From positions 164,663 through 228,662 of the forward strand of contig MIAA01000016.1 in assembly GCA_001830425.1 (NCBI GenBank): DNA of 64,000 nucleotides, in the 5' to 3' direction. This document shows, piece by piece, positions 1 to 9,345 of this stretch. The stretch comes from Rhodospirillales bacterium RIFCSPLOWO2_02_FULL_58_16. Its GTDB lineage: Bacteria > Pseudomonadota > Alphaproteobacteria > Rhodospirillales > 2-02-FULL-58-16. Position numbers and translations under genes: made by a program. How positions within the stretch are numbered: the first letter of the stretch is position 1; each line of letters opens with the position of its first letter. The notes beneath the pieces are model-generated. The model did not search any database. It saw only the letters and a program-made list of their open reading frames with translations, and was not told the origin of the DNA.

Positions 1-409
1 TCAAATTGTCAAAGTTGGTGCGGTGGCGCACCTTGCCCGGATCCTCAAAATTAATGGAGTTTAGTTTGAGCAGGGCGAAATAACGCTCGCCGTCTTTCGG
101 CGACCGGATCTGCCCTTCGACCGTGTCTCCGGTCCTCAGGCTGAAGCGCCGCACCTGGCTGGGCGATACATAGATATCATCGGGTCCGGGCAAATAATTG
201 GCCTCGGGAGAGCGCAGGAACCCGAACCCGTCCTGGAGCACTTCCAGAACGCCGTCCCCGAAAATAGCGATATCGTTCTCGGCCATTTTCTTGAGGATGG
301 CGAACAGCATTTCCTGCTTGCGCAGCGAACTTGCGTTCTCGATATCCAGCTCCTCGGCATAGGCGAGAAGCTCGGCGGCGGGCTTGGTCTTTAATTCATG
401 GAGTCTCAT
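1..409 (-). CDS. rho: transcription termination factor Rho, N-terminal part (gene runs off left edge)
   Basis: Minus-strand translation from ATG at 409 gives [124 protein letters not shown]. This matches the Rho N-terminal helix bundle plus cold-shock-like RNA-binding domain. It is absent from the ORF track because no stop lies in the window. Confidence 0.85.
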   Translation of the reverse strand, partial: MRLHELKTKPAAELLAYAEELDIENASSLRKQEMLFAILKKMAENDIAIFGDGVLEVLQDGFGFLRSPEANYLPGPDDIYVSPSQVRRFSLRTGDTVEGQIRSPKDGERYFALLKLNSINFEDPGKVRHRTNFDNL

Positions 410-586
410 GATGCGGTCTTATCGGTTGGGGGAAATGGAGAAAAAAGGCGGGGCGCGACGCCCGTTCGGATCGTTCTTCAAGACAGGAAAAGCCGGAGTG
501 CTGTGATTATATTATTATTTCCGACGGGCGCAGGATCAACTAAACCTTTTCACAAGTCAAATAAAGAATTCCCAAAAAGCCGTAAA

Positions 587-1033
587 TTACGGCTTTACGA
601 CGGCGAGGATGACAATGCCGATCATCAATGCCGTGGGAACTTCATTGATGAACCGATAAAACTTTTCCGAACATTTGTTGTTGTCGGCGGCGAAGTCGGC
701 GACGCAGCGGGCCAGATACGCATGTGTCGCCAACAGCCCCGCCACGCATAGCAGTTTGGCGTGCAGCCAGCCCATGGCCCAGGCGGCGGCGGCGAGATCG
801 GCCGATAACAAGCCGCCGAACAAAACCGACGACGCCATGGCGGGGTGCATTATCGCCTTCAGCAGCCGCCGCTCCATCACCTTGAACAGCGCCGACGACG
901 GAGAATCAGGCTCAACCTGGGTATGATAAACAAACAGCCTCGGCAGGTAGAGAAGGCCCGCCATCCACGCGATGACGCTGATTATATGCAGGGCCTTTAT
1001 CCATAAATAGGCGGTTCCGGATAATTCAAACAT
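587..1033 (-). CDS. hemJ: HemJ-type protoporphyrinogen IX oxidase (UPF0093/CopD-like membrane protein)
   Basis: 148 aa with about 4 TM segments. The motifs WIKALHIISVIAWMAGLLYLPRLFVYH and KLLCVAGLLATHAY are typical of HemJ. It sits next to hemH and hemE. Confidence 0.8.
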   Translation of the reverse strand: MFELSGTAYLWIKALHIISVIAWMAGLLYLPRLFVYHTQVEPDSPSSALFKVMERRLLKAIMHPAMASSVLFGGLLSADLAAAAWAMGWLHAKLLCVAGLLATHAYLARCVADFAADNNKCSEKFYRFINEVPTALMIGIVILAVVKP

Positions 1034-1179
1034 CGGCTAATCCGTGATAATCACTCATCGAGTTCATAAATGACTGCGGGGGCCAAGGCCACGAATATTA
1101 TTGACTCCCCGTCGCCGCGCTTACTTCCGCCTGACCCTCGAACTGGGTTTTGATCCACGGATTAACGCGAATAATCATT

Positions 1180-1447
1180 CCCGGCGCTTTCCCCTCCTTG
1201 CCAAGGAGGCCGCCCGCTTCTTTTCCCCTCCTTACCAAGGAGGGGCAAGGGGAGGTTGCCGCCTATACTGTTTTATGGACCACAGAGGCTCAGAGACACA
1301 GAGGAGGATAGAGAGAAATAAAGAAAAAGCAGGAAGAAAACTTCGCTTAATCTTCTCTGCGCCTCTGTGTCAAAACACAGAAGCCGATAATTCCCTCTTC
1401 AAAAGGGGGCGGATTTTTTCAGAGTCATTTTTTACGACCGCCGGCAT
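1180..1447. repeat. composite intergenic repeat: family-1 GC-hairpin element split by a nested family-2 CACAGAGGC palindromic element (about 1271-1375)
   Basis: The left part (TTTCCCCTCCTTACCAAGGAGGGGCAAGGGGAGGTTGCCGC) and right part (GGATTTTTTCAGAGTCATTTTTTACGACCGCCGG) align with one contiguous element at 32300-32414. The interrupting segment matches the copies at 20037-20135 and elsewhere. Confidence 0.8.
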
Positions 1448-2499
1448 TATTCATGAGGGCAACGCCCACACTCGGCCGGACATAAACGACCATTGGTCCC
1501 TGAAATCAACTCTTGTTTTTTCATTGCCGCCCGCTCGACCATCCCGGCGAGGCCGTCGATGAATTCCGCCGCAGTCCCCACCGTCGCCACCCTGACATAG
1601 GCCGAGACGCCCCATTCCAGGGCCAATTCGCGGTATTCGATATCCAGTTCGACCAGGGTTTCCGAATGCTCGGAAACAAAAGCGATCGGGACCACGACCA
1701 CAGGCTTTTGCTCGACGGCGGCGCGCTTCAGTTCGTCTGTCGTCGCCGGTCCGATCCACTCCATCGGCCCCACCTTGCTTTGGTAACAGACCACCCGGTC
1801 CAATGCCGGAATATTCAGGGCTTTGACCACGGCTTCGGCGGTGCGCTCCACCTGCCGGGCGTACGGATCGCCCCGTTCAACAACTTTTTTCGGCAGGCCG
1901 TGCGCCGAAAACAGAACCCTCGGTGCGCCGAAGCGGGAAGCTTCCTCGATCCCGGCGAGAACCGGCTTTCTTTGCGCCTCGATAAATCCCGGATCATCCG
2001 GATAGCAGCAGACCGCGTATGTCGGCGCGGCGATGCCGGCGGCGGCGGCGGCCCGGCGCCAGTCCTTCAGCGATGAGCCGGTAGTGGCGGTGGAAAATTG
2101 GGGATAGAGCGGCAAGAGGACAATTTCATCCGGATGGTACGACGCCACCTCGGCGGCGGCCTCGTCGCTGAACGGATGCCAATAGCGCATGGCGATGAAC
2201 ACCCGCGCCTCGCCTTTGGAGCGTAAACGCTCCTCCAGCGCTGCGGCCTGGTTCTTCGTCAGTTCGAGAAGCGGCGAGCGCCCGTTGATCTTTTCATAGA
2301 TCCGGCGCGCCGTCGGCGCTCTTTTGCGTGAAATAAATTCGGCCAGAACCCGGCGTATCGGCTGCGGAGCGCCGATGATCGCCGGATCGTTAAAAAGATT
2401 AAAGAGAAACGGCCTGACGGACTCCGGCCGATCCGGGCCGCCCATGTTGAACAGAACGACAGCCAGTTTCGTCATCCATTTACCGGCTTTTCCACCCAT
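1447..2499 (-). CDS. hemH: ferrochelatase
   Basis: 350-aa [18 protein letters not shown]...[12 protein letters not shown] is the canonical ferrochelatase N-terminus. The true start may be the MTK codon at 2475. Confidence 0.9.
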   Translation of the reverse strand: MGGKAGKWMTKLAVVLFNMGGPDRPESVRPFLFNLFNDPAIIGAPQPIRRVLAEFISRKRAPTARRIYEKINGRSPLLELTKNQAAALEERLRSKGEARVFIAMRYWHPFSDEAAAEVASYHPDEIVLLPLYPQFSTATTGSSLKDWRRAAAAAGIAAPTYAVCCYPDDPGFIEAQRKPVLAGIEEASRFGAPRVLFSAHGLPKKVVERGDPYARQVERTAEAVVKALNIPALDRVVCYQSKVGPMEWIGPATTDELKRAAVEQKPVVVVPIAFVSEHSETLVELDIEYRELALEWGVSAYVRVATVGTAAEFIDGLAGMVERAAMKKQELISGTNGRLCPAECGRCPHE

Positions 2500-3550
2500 G
2501 GATCAATTCCGCCAATCGCGCCACATTTTCCGGCGGCGTGAATTGTAAAATTCCATGGCCGAGGTTGAAGATGAACGGTCCCTTTGAAAATGTTTCAATA
2601 ATCCGCTTTATTTCCGTTTCCATTTCAACGCCGCCCATGACCAGCAGGTGGTTATCCAGGTTACCCTGCACGGCGCAACGGCTTTGCAGTTCTTTCTTGG
2701 CCCATTGCAGGGGAATTGTGTCATCCAGGCTTACGCCGTCAACGCCGGTTTCATCAACAAAGTCTTTGTAGAGAACCCCGGCGTGGCGGGGAAAGCCGAT
2801 GATCGGTGTCTTCGGATAAACCGATTTAATCCGCCTGACGATTTCAGCGGTCGGTTTGATCACCCAACGATGAAACTGGATTTCGCCGAGAACGCCGGAC
2901 CAACTGTCAAATAATTGAATCGCTTCGGCGCCGTTTTTAATTTGCTCGATTAAATACCCGGCAGTGGCCTCAACCAGTAAATCGATGAGTTTTTGAAAAT
3001 CATCAGGTGACTTATAGGCCCATGTTTTGGCGTTGCCGCAATCGGTTCCGCCACAGCCTTCCACCATGTAAACGGCAACCGTCCACGGCGATCCGGCAAA
3101 TCCGATCAAAGTCGTTTCCTTCGGAATTTCACGGGAAAGACGGTTTACGGTCTCAAACACCGGCGCTAAATGATCGTTCACTCGGTTGATATCAAGCCTA
3201 TTTAACCCTTCGACGGAACGAATAGGTTCAAGCGCCGGGCCTTGCCCTTCGATAAAATTCACCTTCTGCCCCAGGGCGTCGGGTATTACCAGAATATCGC
3301 TGAAAAGAATCGCCGCATCCATATGGTAACGACGCAACGGTTGGAGAGTCACTTCAACGGCAAGATCGGGGGTATAACAAAAATGGAGAAAATCTTTCGC
3401 ATTTTTCCTTATTTCCCGATATTCAGGAAGATAACGACCAGCCTGACGCATCAGCCAGAAAGGCGGACGGGAAAGGACCTCGCCTTTCAAAGCGCGTAAA
3501 AAAAGCTTGTCCGTTTTTTCATCATTGCGACAAAGGGAAACAGGCGACAT
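2480..3550 (-). CDS. hemE: uroporphyrinogen decarboxylase
   Basis: 356 aa. [19 protein letters not shown] and the IGFAGSPWT motif are diagnostic of HemE. Confidence 0.92.
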   Translation of the reverse strand: MSPVSLCRNDEKTDKLFLRALKGEVLSRPPFWLMRQAGRYLPEYREIRKNAKDFLHFCYTPDLAVEVTLQPLRRYHMDAAILFSDILVIPDALGQKVNFIEGQGPALEPIRSVEGLNRLDINRVNDHLAPVFETVNRLSREIPKETTLIGFAGSPWTVAVYMVEGCGGTDCGNAKTWAYKSPDDFQKLIDLLVEATAGYLIEQIKNGAEAIQLFDSWSGVLGEIQFHRWVIKPTAEIVRRIKSVYPKTPIIGFPRHAGVLYKDFVDETGVDGVSLDDTIPLQWAKKELQSRCAVQGNLDNHLLVMGGVEMETEIKRIIETFSKGPFIFNLGHGILQFTPPENVARLAELIHGWKSR

Positions 3551-3637
3551 ATTTATACAGGCCTTCTTCTAAAAGAATCTTATTATATATAAAAGATTAG
3601 TAGATGTTGTAATGCGGTAAAAAACGGGGATTACAAG

Positions 3638-3646
3638 TTATCCATA
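3638..3646 (+). promoter_or_regulatory. DnaA-box-like 9-mer TTATCCATA
   Basis: One mismatch to TTATCCACA, read directly. Confidence 0.5.
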
Positions 3647-3906
3647 GATTATCAAGACATAAAATAATTATTAAAACCGGAATTTTTTTAAGGTGATTAT
3701 TTCGGTCATGTCAGGCAAATTTAATCATGAAAACCCCGCTTTGTTTCATATTATATAATAATGTGAAAGGTGGGGAAAAAATAACGGCGCTTCCGGTATG
3801 TTCAGAATATTACAGGTTTATGTATTATATTTTTTGCCTCGGTATAAAAAATGAAAAAAATATAAGATTATGGAGATCGAATCGAGGCAATTTTTAAAAT
3901 CAAAAG

Positions 3907-3915
3907 TTATCCACA
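3907..3915 (+). promoter_or_regulatory. consensus DnaA box TTATCCACA
   Basis: Exact 9/9 match, read directly, 35 bp upstream of the DUF299 gene start. Confidence 0.6.
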
Positions 3916-3949
3916 ATTCTTCCCGAAGTTATGAGAGAATAGTAATATT

Positions 3950-4771
3950 ATGAAAGAATACCATTTTCACTTGATTTCCGATTCAACGGGGGAGACGGTT
4001 TTGACTGCGACCCGCGCCAGTCTGGCGCGATTTAAAAGCGTAAACAGCGTCGAACATATCTGGTCGATGGTTCGCAATAAAATTCAGATGCAAAAGGTTG
4101 TTGACGGCATAAATAAAAATCCGGGATTTGTTATTTTTACCTTTGTTAACAGTGAATTGAGGAAAATTCTGGAAGACGAATGTCGTAAAATAGACATGCC
4201 CTGCGTTTCTCTGCTTGATCCGATTATCGCCAATCTGGGAAATTTTCTTGATGCGGAAACCCATACCCGTCCCGGAAAACAACATGTCATGGACGCGGAG
4301 TATTTCAGCCGCATAGAAGCGGTTCACTTCGCCTTGAATCATGACGACGGACAATCGACATCGACCATCAATCAGGCTGATGTCATCATTCTCGGCGTTT
4401 CGCGCACTTCGAAAACGCCGACCTGCATTTATCTTGCCAATCGCGGGATCAAAGCGGCGAACATTCCGCTTGTTCCCGGCAGTTTGTTGCCGCCGGAAGT
4501 GATCGAGGCGACGACGCCGATAATTATCGGACTTGTCAATGATCCCAAGCGTCTCGTGCAGATTCGCCGGAATCGGTTACGGTTTCTCAAACAGGATGAG
4601 TCAACGGATTATATCGATATCGATACGGTGATAAAAGAAATCAACGAATCCCGTAAATTGTTCACCAGATATAACTGGCCGGTAATCGATGTTACCCGCA
4701 GGTCCATTGAGGAAGTCGCCGCCATGATCATTCAGTTGCATAAACAACACAGGAATCATTTAACTGGTTGA
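3950..4771 (+). CDS. DUF299 bifunctional kinase/pyrophosphorylase (PEP synthetase / PPDK regulatory protein-like)
   Basis: 273 aa. HLISDSTGET and the GVSRTSKTPT P-loop are typical of the PpsR/PDRP family. Confidence 0.85.
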   Translation: MKEYHFHLISDSTGETVLTATRASLARFKSVNSVEHIWSMVRNKIQMQKVVDGINKNPGFVIFTFVNSELRKILEDECRKIDMPCVSLLDPIIANLGNFLDAETHTRPGKQHVMDAEYFSRIEAVHFALNHDDGQSTSTINQADVIILGVSRTSKTPTCIYLANRGIKAANIPLVPGSLLPPEVIEATTPIIIGLVNDPKRLVQIRRNRLRFLKQDESTDYIDIDTVIKEINESRKLFTRYNWPVIDVTRRSIEEVAAMIIQLHKQHRNHLTG

Positions 4772-4796
4772 TGAAAAAACCATACGATCCGGGGTC

Positions 4797-5603
4797 TTGG
4801 GGTGGCCTGTCAGTCATTCTCTTTCGCCGCGCCTGCACGGATATTGGCTGAATGAATATGGCGTCAACGGCTCGTATGAGCCGCTGGCGGCGCCGCCGGA
4901 AAATTTTGCCCGAATGATGCGGATGCTGTCTGATGACGGCTTCGCCGGCGCCAATGTCACCGTGCCTTACAAAGAAGAAGCCCTGAAATATATCGATGAA
5001 ATCGATGGTCAGGCGCGGCGGACAGGCGCGGTTAATACGATTATCGTTCAAGCCGACGGTCGTCTTTTAGGCCGCAACACGGATGGCTTCGGGTTTCTGG
5101 AGAACTTGAAATCAAACGCCCCTTCGTGGTCGCCGGCGCAAGGACCGGCGGTCGTCATCGGCGCCGGCGGCGCCGCCCGCGCGGTGTGCGCGGCTTTGAT
5201 CGATTCCGGAGTTCCCGAACTGCGGTTGATCAATCGCACCCGTTTGCGGGCGGAGACGACGGCTGAACATATCGGCGGCCCGATCAGGATTTATTCATGG
5301 GAAGAAAGAGCGACGGCTCTTGACGGCGCCGCCCTTCTCGTCAATGCGACAACGATGGGGATGACCGGCAAACCTCCGCTGGAGCTTGATCTTTCGCGGC
5401 TGCCGGTCAAGGCCGTCGTCAACGATATTGTTTATTCCCCTTTAGCGACGCCCTTGCTGGAAAGCGCGAACAGGCGCGGCAATCTTGCGGTTGACGGTCT
5501 TGGAATGCTGCTGCATCAGGCGCGGCCGGGCTTTGCCGCCTGGTTCGGCGTCGAGCCGCAAGTCACCGCCGGCCTGCGCGCCCATGTATTGCAGGGTCTT
5601 TAA
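4797..5603 (+). CDS. aroE: shikimate 5-dehydrogenase (5-prime end uncertain, see findings)
   Basis: GWPVSHSLSPRLHGYWL, NVTVPYKE, NTD and the GAGGAARAV Rossmann motif are present. Confidence 0.88.
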   Translation: MGWPVSHSLSPRLHGYWLNEYGVNGSYEPLAAPPENFARMMRMLSDDGFAGANVTVPYKEEALKYIDEIDGQARRTGAVNTIIVQADGRLLGRNTDGFGFLENLKSNAPSWSPAQGPAVVIGAGGAARAVCAALIDSGVPELRLINRTRLRAETTAEHIGGPIRIYSWEERATALDGAALLVNATTMGMTGKPPLELDLSRLPVKAVVNDIVYSPLATPLLESANRRGNLAVDGLGMLLHQARPGFAAWFGVEPQVTAGLRAHVLQGL

Positions 5604-6232
5604 TGGTTATCCTGGGCCTCACCGGATCCATCGGCATGGGAAAGAGCGCGGTTTCCGGCATTTTTCGGCGGCTGGGCGTTTTGGTGTACGACGCCGACAA
5701 AGCGGTTCACGAGGCGCAGGCCGGCGGCGGGGCGGCGGCGGCGGCGATTGAGGCGGCTTTTCCCGGCGTCGCGCAAAATGGAATAATTGACCGCCAAGCC
5801 CTGGCCGAGCGGGTGATCGGGGACGAAGCGGCGTTGAAACGGCTTGAAGACATTCTCCATCCGGTGGTTCGCCGCCGTGAGCGGCAGTTTCTGCGCGACG
5901 CCGCCTTGCGGAAATGTCCTCTGGTGGTTCTTGAAATACCGTTGCTGTTTGAAACCGGCGGCCAGACGCGCTGTGACGCGGTTATCGTCGTGTCGGCGCC
6001 GTCTTTTGTTCAGGAGGCGAGGGTTCTGGCGAGACCCGGCATGACCCGCGAACGGCTGGCGTTTTTTCGCTCGCGCCAAATGCCGGATGCCGTTAAACGG
6101 CAAAAAGCCGATTTTGTCATCGCCACCGGAGCGGGTCGCGCTTTCACCTGGCGCGAGGTGAAGAAGATCGTCAAAATGATGCGGGGGGTGCGCGGGTCGA
6201 AGTGGTTGTTTTCGGGGAAAATCAATGCGTGA
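5603..6232 (+). CDS. coaE: dephospho-CoA kinase
   Basis: 209 aa with the ILGLTGSIGMGKS P-loop. The start overlaps the aroE stop. Confidence 0.88.
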   Translation: MVILGLTGSIGMGKSAVSGIFRRLGVLVYDADKAVHEAQAGGGAAAAAIEAAFPGVAQNGIIDRQALAERVIGDEAALKRLEDILHPVVRRRERQFLRDAALRKCPLVVLEIPLLFETGGQTRCDAVIVVSAPSFVQEARVLARPGMTRERLAFFRSRQMPDAVKRQKADFVIATGAGRAFTWREVKKIVKMMRGVRGSKWLFSGKINA

Positions 6233-6893
6233 AATAGCTCTCGATACGGAAACTACGGGATTGAACTACGGCGGCGATGACCGGATCGTCGAAATCGGCG
6301 GCGTCGAGTTGCTTAATCACATAGCCACCGGGCGCACCTTTCAATGTTATGTGAATCCCGAACGGGACGTGCCGGAGGGCGCCTTCAGGGTGCATGGCCT
6401 GTCCCGGGAATTTTTGTCGAAACACTCGGCCTTCGCCGATGTCGCCGACGGATTTCTGGAGTTTATCGGAGATTCCGTGCTGGTGATTCACAATGCCGGA
6501 TTTGACCTGGGGTTCATAAACGCCGAACTGAAACGCCTCGGGCGGGCGGAACTGCCGATGGAACGGGTCATTGACACCGTGAAACTTGCCCGCAACAAGT
6601 TTCCGGGCGCCCAGGCCAATCTGGATGCGTTATGCCGCCGCTTTGCCATTGATGTCAGTGACCGCGAGTTGCACGGCGCTCTCAAGGACGCCCGGTTGCT
6701 GGCGGCGGTTTATCTGGAGCTTGTCGGCGGACGGCAACCGGACCTGGAGCTGGCGGCGATCAGACAGACCGCCGAAGTCATTGCCGGGCGGCAGACGCCG
6801 CGTCCGCCGCGTTTGTATGCTCCCACGCCCGAAGAAGAGGCGGCGCATGCGAACTTTCTCGAAAAACTGGATTCGCCTGTTTGGCGGCGTTAG
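6225..6893 (+). CDS. dnaQ: DNA polymerase III epsilon subunit (3-5 exonuclease)
   Basis: IALDTETTGL (ExoI), HNAGFDLGF (ExoII) and HGALKDARLLAAVY (ExoIII) are present. Confidence 0.9.
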   Translation: MREIALDTETTGLNYGGDDRIVEIGGVELLNHIATGRTFQCYVNPERDVPEGAFRVHGLSREFLSKHSAFADVADGFLEFIGDSVLVIHNAGFDLGFINAELKRLGRAELPMERVIDTVKLARNKFPGAQANLDALCRRFAIDVSDRELHGALKDARLLAAVYLELVGGRQPDLELAAIRQTAEVIAGRQTPRPPRLYAPTPEEEAAHANFLEKLDSPVWRR

Positions 6894-7162
6894 AGCACTA
6901 TCCGACCAAATTGAATCATCTGCGTTGCGCATTGGCGAGGCGATCCGCAAGACGCGCCGTGAAGAGCGATGCAAAAGCATCGGTCGAACGGCGCAACGAA
7001 GCGGGCGTCCGCCAATGCGTAACCCGAAGGGCCGGGGTCTTTTTCGGCGTGGGTTTGTCAAAGGGCTTGCCCGTAGTGTACGCTACGAGCCGCGCCCTTT
7101 TCCTGCCCGCGCCAAAAAATACCTCCGGCGCAGGCGGTTTAATTTGGTCGGATAATGCTCTA
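6891..7162. repeat. 272-bp element bounded by about 25-bp terminal inverted repeats, filling the dnaQ/secB convergent gap
   Basis: TAGAGCACTATCCGACCAAATTGAA (6891-6915) matches the reverse complement of TTTAATTTGGTCGGATAATGCTCTA (7138-7162) at 23/25. There is also an inner inverted pair, GTTGCGCATTGGCG at about 6924 and CGCCAATGCGTAAC at about 7010. Confidence 0.75.
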
Positions 7163-7738
7163 ATTTACGGAAGGTGAGCCTTCTTTACGCGCCGGCGTTT
7201 CCTGGCGGTTTTTGAACATATTAACGAAGTCGATCGGCCCCAGCATAAGCGGCGGGAAACCGCCGTCGCGTGAAGAATCGGCGATGATGTTGCGGGCGAA
7301 CGGGAACAACAGGCGCGGACATTCGATCAGAAGAACGGCCTGGATATGTTCGGGCGGCACATTGAGGCTGAAAACGCCGCCATAGACCAGTTCCTGGATG
7401 AAGGCGATTTTTTCTCCGACCTTGCATTCGGAAGTGATATGCAAAACGACTTCAAAGGCGTTGTTATGAAGCGGCTGCGCCCTGACATCGATATTGATGG
7501 AAATGTCCGGCTGCTGTTTTTGCATATCCGTAAAAATATGAGGAGCGTTAGGGGCCTCAAACGAAAGGTCCTTGATATACTGGGCATTAATAATGACCGG
7601 CGGCGGCGCGTCGCTCTTGGCGGAAACGTTGGAAACATTCCTGCCGGGAACTTCTGCCGTAACTGCGGCGGCGGCGACCGGCTTCTTTTCGTCCGGTTTC
7701 TTTTTGGCGGGTTTTTTTGGTTTCTTTTCAGTCATCAT
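7160..7738 (-). CDS. secB: protein-export chaperone SecB with Lys-rich N-terminal extension
   Basis: INAQYIKDLSFEAPNAP...LLIECPRLLFPFARNIIADSSRDGGFPPLML is the SecB core. About 45 extra N-terminal residues (KKPKKPAKKKPDEKKP) have no in-frame internal ATG before the core. Confidence 0.85.
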   Translation of the reverse strand: MMTEKKPKKPAKKKPDEKKPVAAAAVTAEVPGRNVSNVSAKSDAPPPVIINAQYIKDLSFEAPNAPHIFTDMQKQQPDISINIDVRAQPLHNNAFEVVLHITSECKVGEKIAFIQELVYGGVFSLNVPPEHIQAVLLIECPRLLFPFARNIIADSSRDGGFPPLMLGPIDFVNMFKNRQETPARKEGSPSVN

Positions 7739-7799
7739 TCGTCTTCCGGTGCATAAGCGTATGGTGAGCTATCATGGATTGTCGTTCAAAACAACTATT

Positions 7800-8198
7800 T
7801 CAAACCAGGGAGACTGATTCAGAGCGAGCGGCGCGGACAAGGGCGGCGTCAAGCGTCGCCAGGGCGAGGCCTTTTCGCCGCGCCAATTCCAGGTAAGCGG
7901 CATCATATACCGACAGACGGTGCGTTCGCGCCAGGCGAAGAACCTCTCCTTCCTGCGGCGATCTATCCAAGATTACTCCCAGGCGGGACAGATCACGCAG
8001 AAAGGCGGCGCTGTCGGCCTCGGTCAGCCTTTTGCGGCGCTCATTCACCACCAGAATATTACGCACTTCAAACCACCACAGGCTCGGCGCTGTCGCTTCG
8101 TCCGTGCGGATGCGGACAAGAGCAAGATCGGCCTGTGGATGATCTTCGTCATGAAAAGCCCAGCAGGCTGTGATCGAGGCGTCGATGACGAAGGGCAT
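7800..8198 (-). CDS. vapC: PIN-domain toxin (VapC family)
   Basis: 132 aa. The MPFVIDASITACW start and C-terminal SVYDAAYLELA are typical of PIN toxins. It has a 1-nt overlap with the upstream antitoxin gene. Confidence 0.8.
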   Translation of the reverse strand: MPFVIDASITACWAFHDEDHPQADLALVRIRTDEATAPSLWWFEVRNILVVNERRKRLTEADSAAFLRDLSRLGVILDRSPQEGEVLRLARTHRLSVYDAAYLELARRKGLALATLDAALVRAARSESVSLV

Positions 8199-8443
8199 CA
8201 GGGTTTCCGGCCTTCATTGCGGGCTGACAGTATTTCTTCCGTCGTGATCGAGGCGGCGCAGCGGCGGCGCGCCGCAATGTCGGCAATGGCTTTGTCAACT
8301 TCCTCTTGCCGGCGGTCGTGTTCCGGAACCAGTCTGGCGATAGAGCGACCGTGCCGGGTGATGATCAGGGTTTCGCCGTGCTCGACGTCATCAAGCAGTT
8401 GGGAAAGATGGGCTTTGGCCTCGGACGCCTGGATTTCACGCAT
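8198..8443 (-). CDS. Phd/YefM-type antitoxin
   Basis: 81 aa. ASEAKAHLSQLLDDVEHGETLIITRHGRSIARLVP is the Phd/YefM signature. Confidence 0.8.
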   Translation of the reverse strand: MREIQASEAKAHLSQLLDDVEHGETLIITRHGRSIARLVPEHDRRQEEVDKAIADIAARRRCAASITTEEILSARNEGRKP

Positions 8444-8592
8444 GGCTGAAACTTTAACCGGTTAAATTAACCGGTTAATAATCGTCTTGAATATATCGAT
8501 ATGTCAATGACGAAAAAACCGCCGCGCTTGCTCTCTTGGTCAAGAAGGCCTATCTAAGCCTGAGAACCTTTTAACTCCGGTCGGGGGATGAC

Positions 8593-9345
8593 GTGGATCA
8601 GCAAGTCGTGGGCGACGGCTTTCAGATAATAGACATCGTTTTTTTTGCCATGATTGCGGTCTTTCTGGTCCTGCGGTTGCGGAGCGTCCTCGGTCGTCGC
8701 GACGGCTATGAAGAAGGCAATCGCGGCGTCTTTCCGGCGGCGCGCTCCAAGGCGCAGCCCAAGGCGCCGCCCAAGGGACAGCCGAAAAAACAGTCACGGG
8801 ATAATGTGGTCAAGTTGCCTGCTCGCGGAGCTTTCGGCGCTGATGATGACCTCGCGTCGGAAATCGATGAAGAAGCCGCTGCGGAAGAAAGCCCTTTGGC
8901 CGCCGGGTTCAAAAAAATCAAAAAGGCCGATTCCCGATTTGATCAGGAGGAATTTGTTTCCGGCGCCAAGATTGCCTTTGAAATAATTCTCAACGCCTAT
9001 GCCGCCGGAGAAATCAAGGTTCTGAAACCGATGCTCAATGCCGAGGTCTTCGGCAATTTCACCCAGTCGATCAAGGATCGTGAACAGGCCAAGGAGACTC
9101 TTGAGGAAACGCTTGTCGGCATCAAGAAGGCGGAGGCCCTGGAAGCGTATATGGAAGACTCGGTCGCCCATATAACCATCAAGTTCGTCAGCGACCAGAT
9201 CAACGCGACCCGTGACGAAAAAGGCGAAGTCATCAGCGGCAACCCCGACTATGTCGCCGAGATAACCGATTTCTGGACCTTTGCCCGTGATACAAAGTCC
9301 CGTGATCCCAACTGGTTGCTGGTCGCCACCCGCAGCCTTGATTAG
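8593..9345 (+). CDS. Tim44-like domain membrane protein
   Basis: 250 aa with a GTG start. It has an N-terminal TM segment (IIDIVFFAMIAVFLVLRLRSVLGRR) and a C-terminal Tim44-like fold region. The synteny secB, tim44-like, mltA, smr is conserved. Confidence 0.75.
   Translation: MDQQVVGDGFQIIDIVFFAMIAVFLVLRLRSVLGRRDGYEEGNRGVFPAARSKAQPKAPPKGQPKKQSRDNVVKLPARGAFGADDDLASEIDEEAAAEESPLAAGFKKIKKADSRFDQEEFVSGAKIAFEIILNAYAAGEIKVLKPMLNAEVFGNFTQSIKDREQAKETLEETLVGIKKAEALEAYMEDSVAHITIKFVSDQINATRDEKGEVISGNPDYVAEITDFWTFARDTKSRDPNWLLVATRSLD

Larger units (their letters stand above)
3551..3949. other. probable chromosomal replication origin (oriC)
   Basis: 399-bp non-coding gap, strongly AT-rich within GC-rich DNA. 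It has a consensus DnaA box and a one-mismatch box. It lies between hemE and the DUF299 gene, as at alphaproteobacterial origins. Confidence 0.6.

Noticed and set aside
136-360. 74-aa minus-strand ORF in the track near the left edge
   Set aside because: It lies in a different frame within the rho coding region. The Rho frame (start at 409) explains the sequence.
1101-1562. 153-aa plus-strand ORF spanning the hemJ-hemH intergenic region
   Set aside because: It is translated entirely from the two nested repeat elements (peptides such as SPPYQGGARGG and HRGSETQRR) and from the antisense of the hemH 3-prime end, so it is a repeat artefact.
3551-3949. CtrA binding sites (TTAA-N7-TTAA) in the putative origin
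   Set aside because: I checked the TTAA occurrences (about 3671, 3688, 3721 and 3894). None has a partner at N7 spacing.
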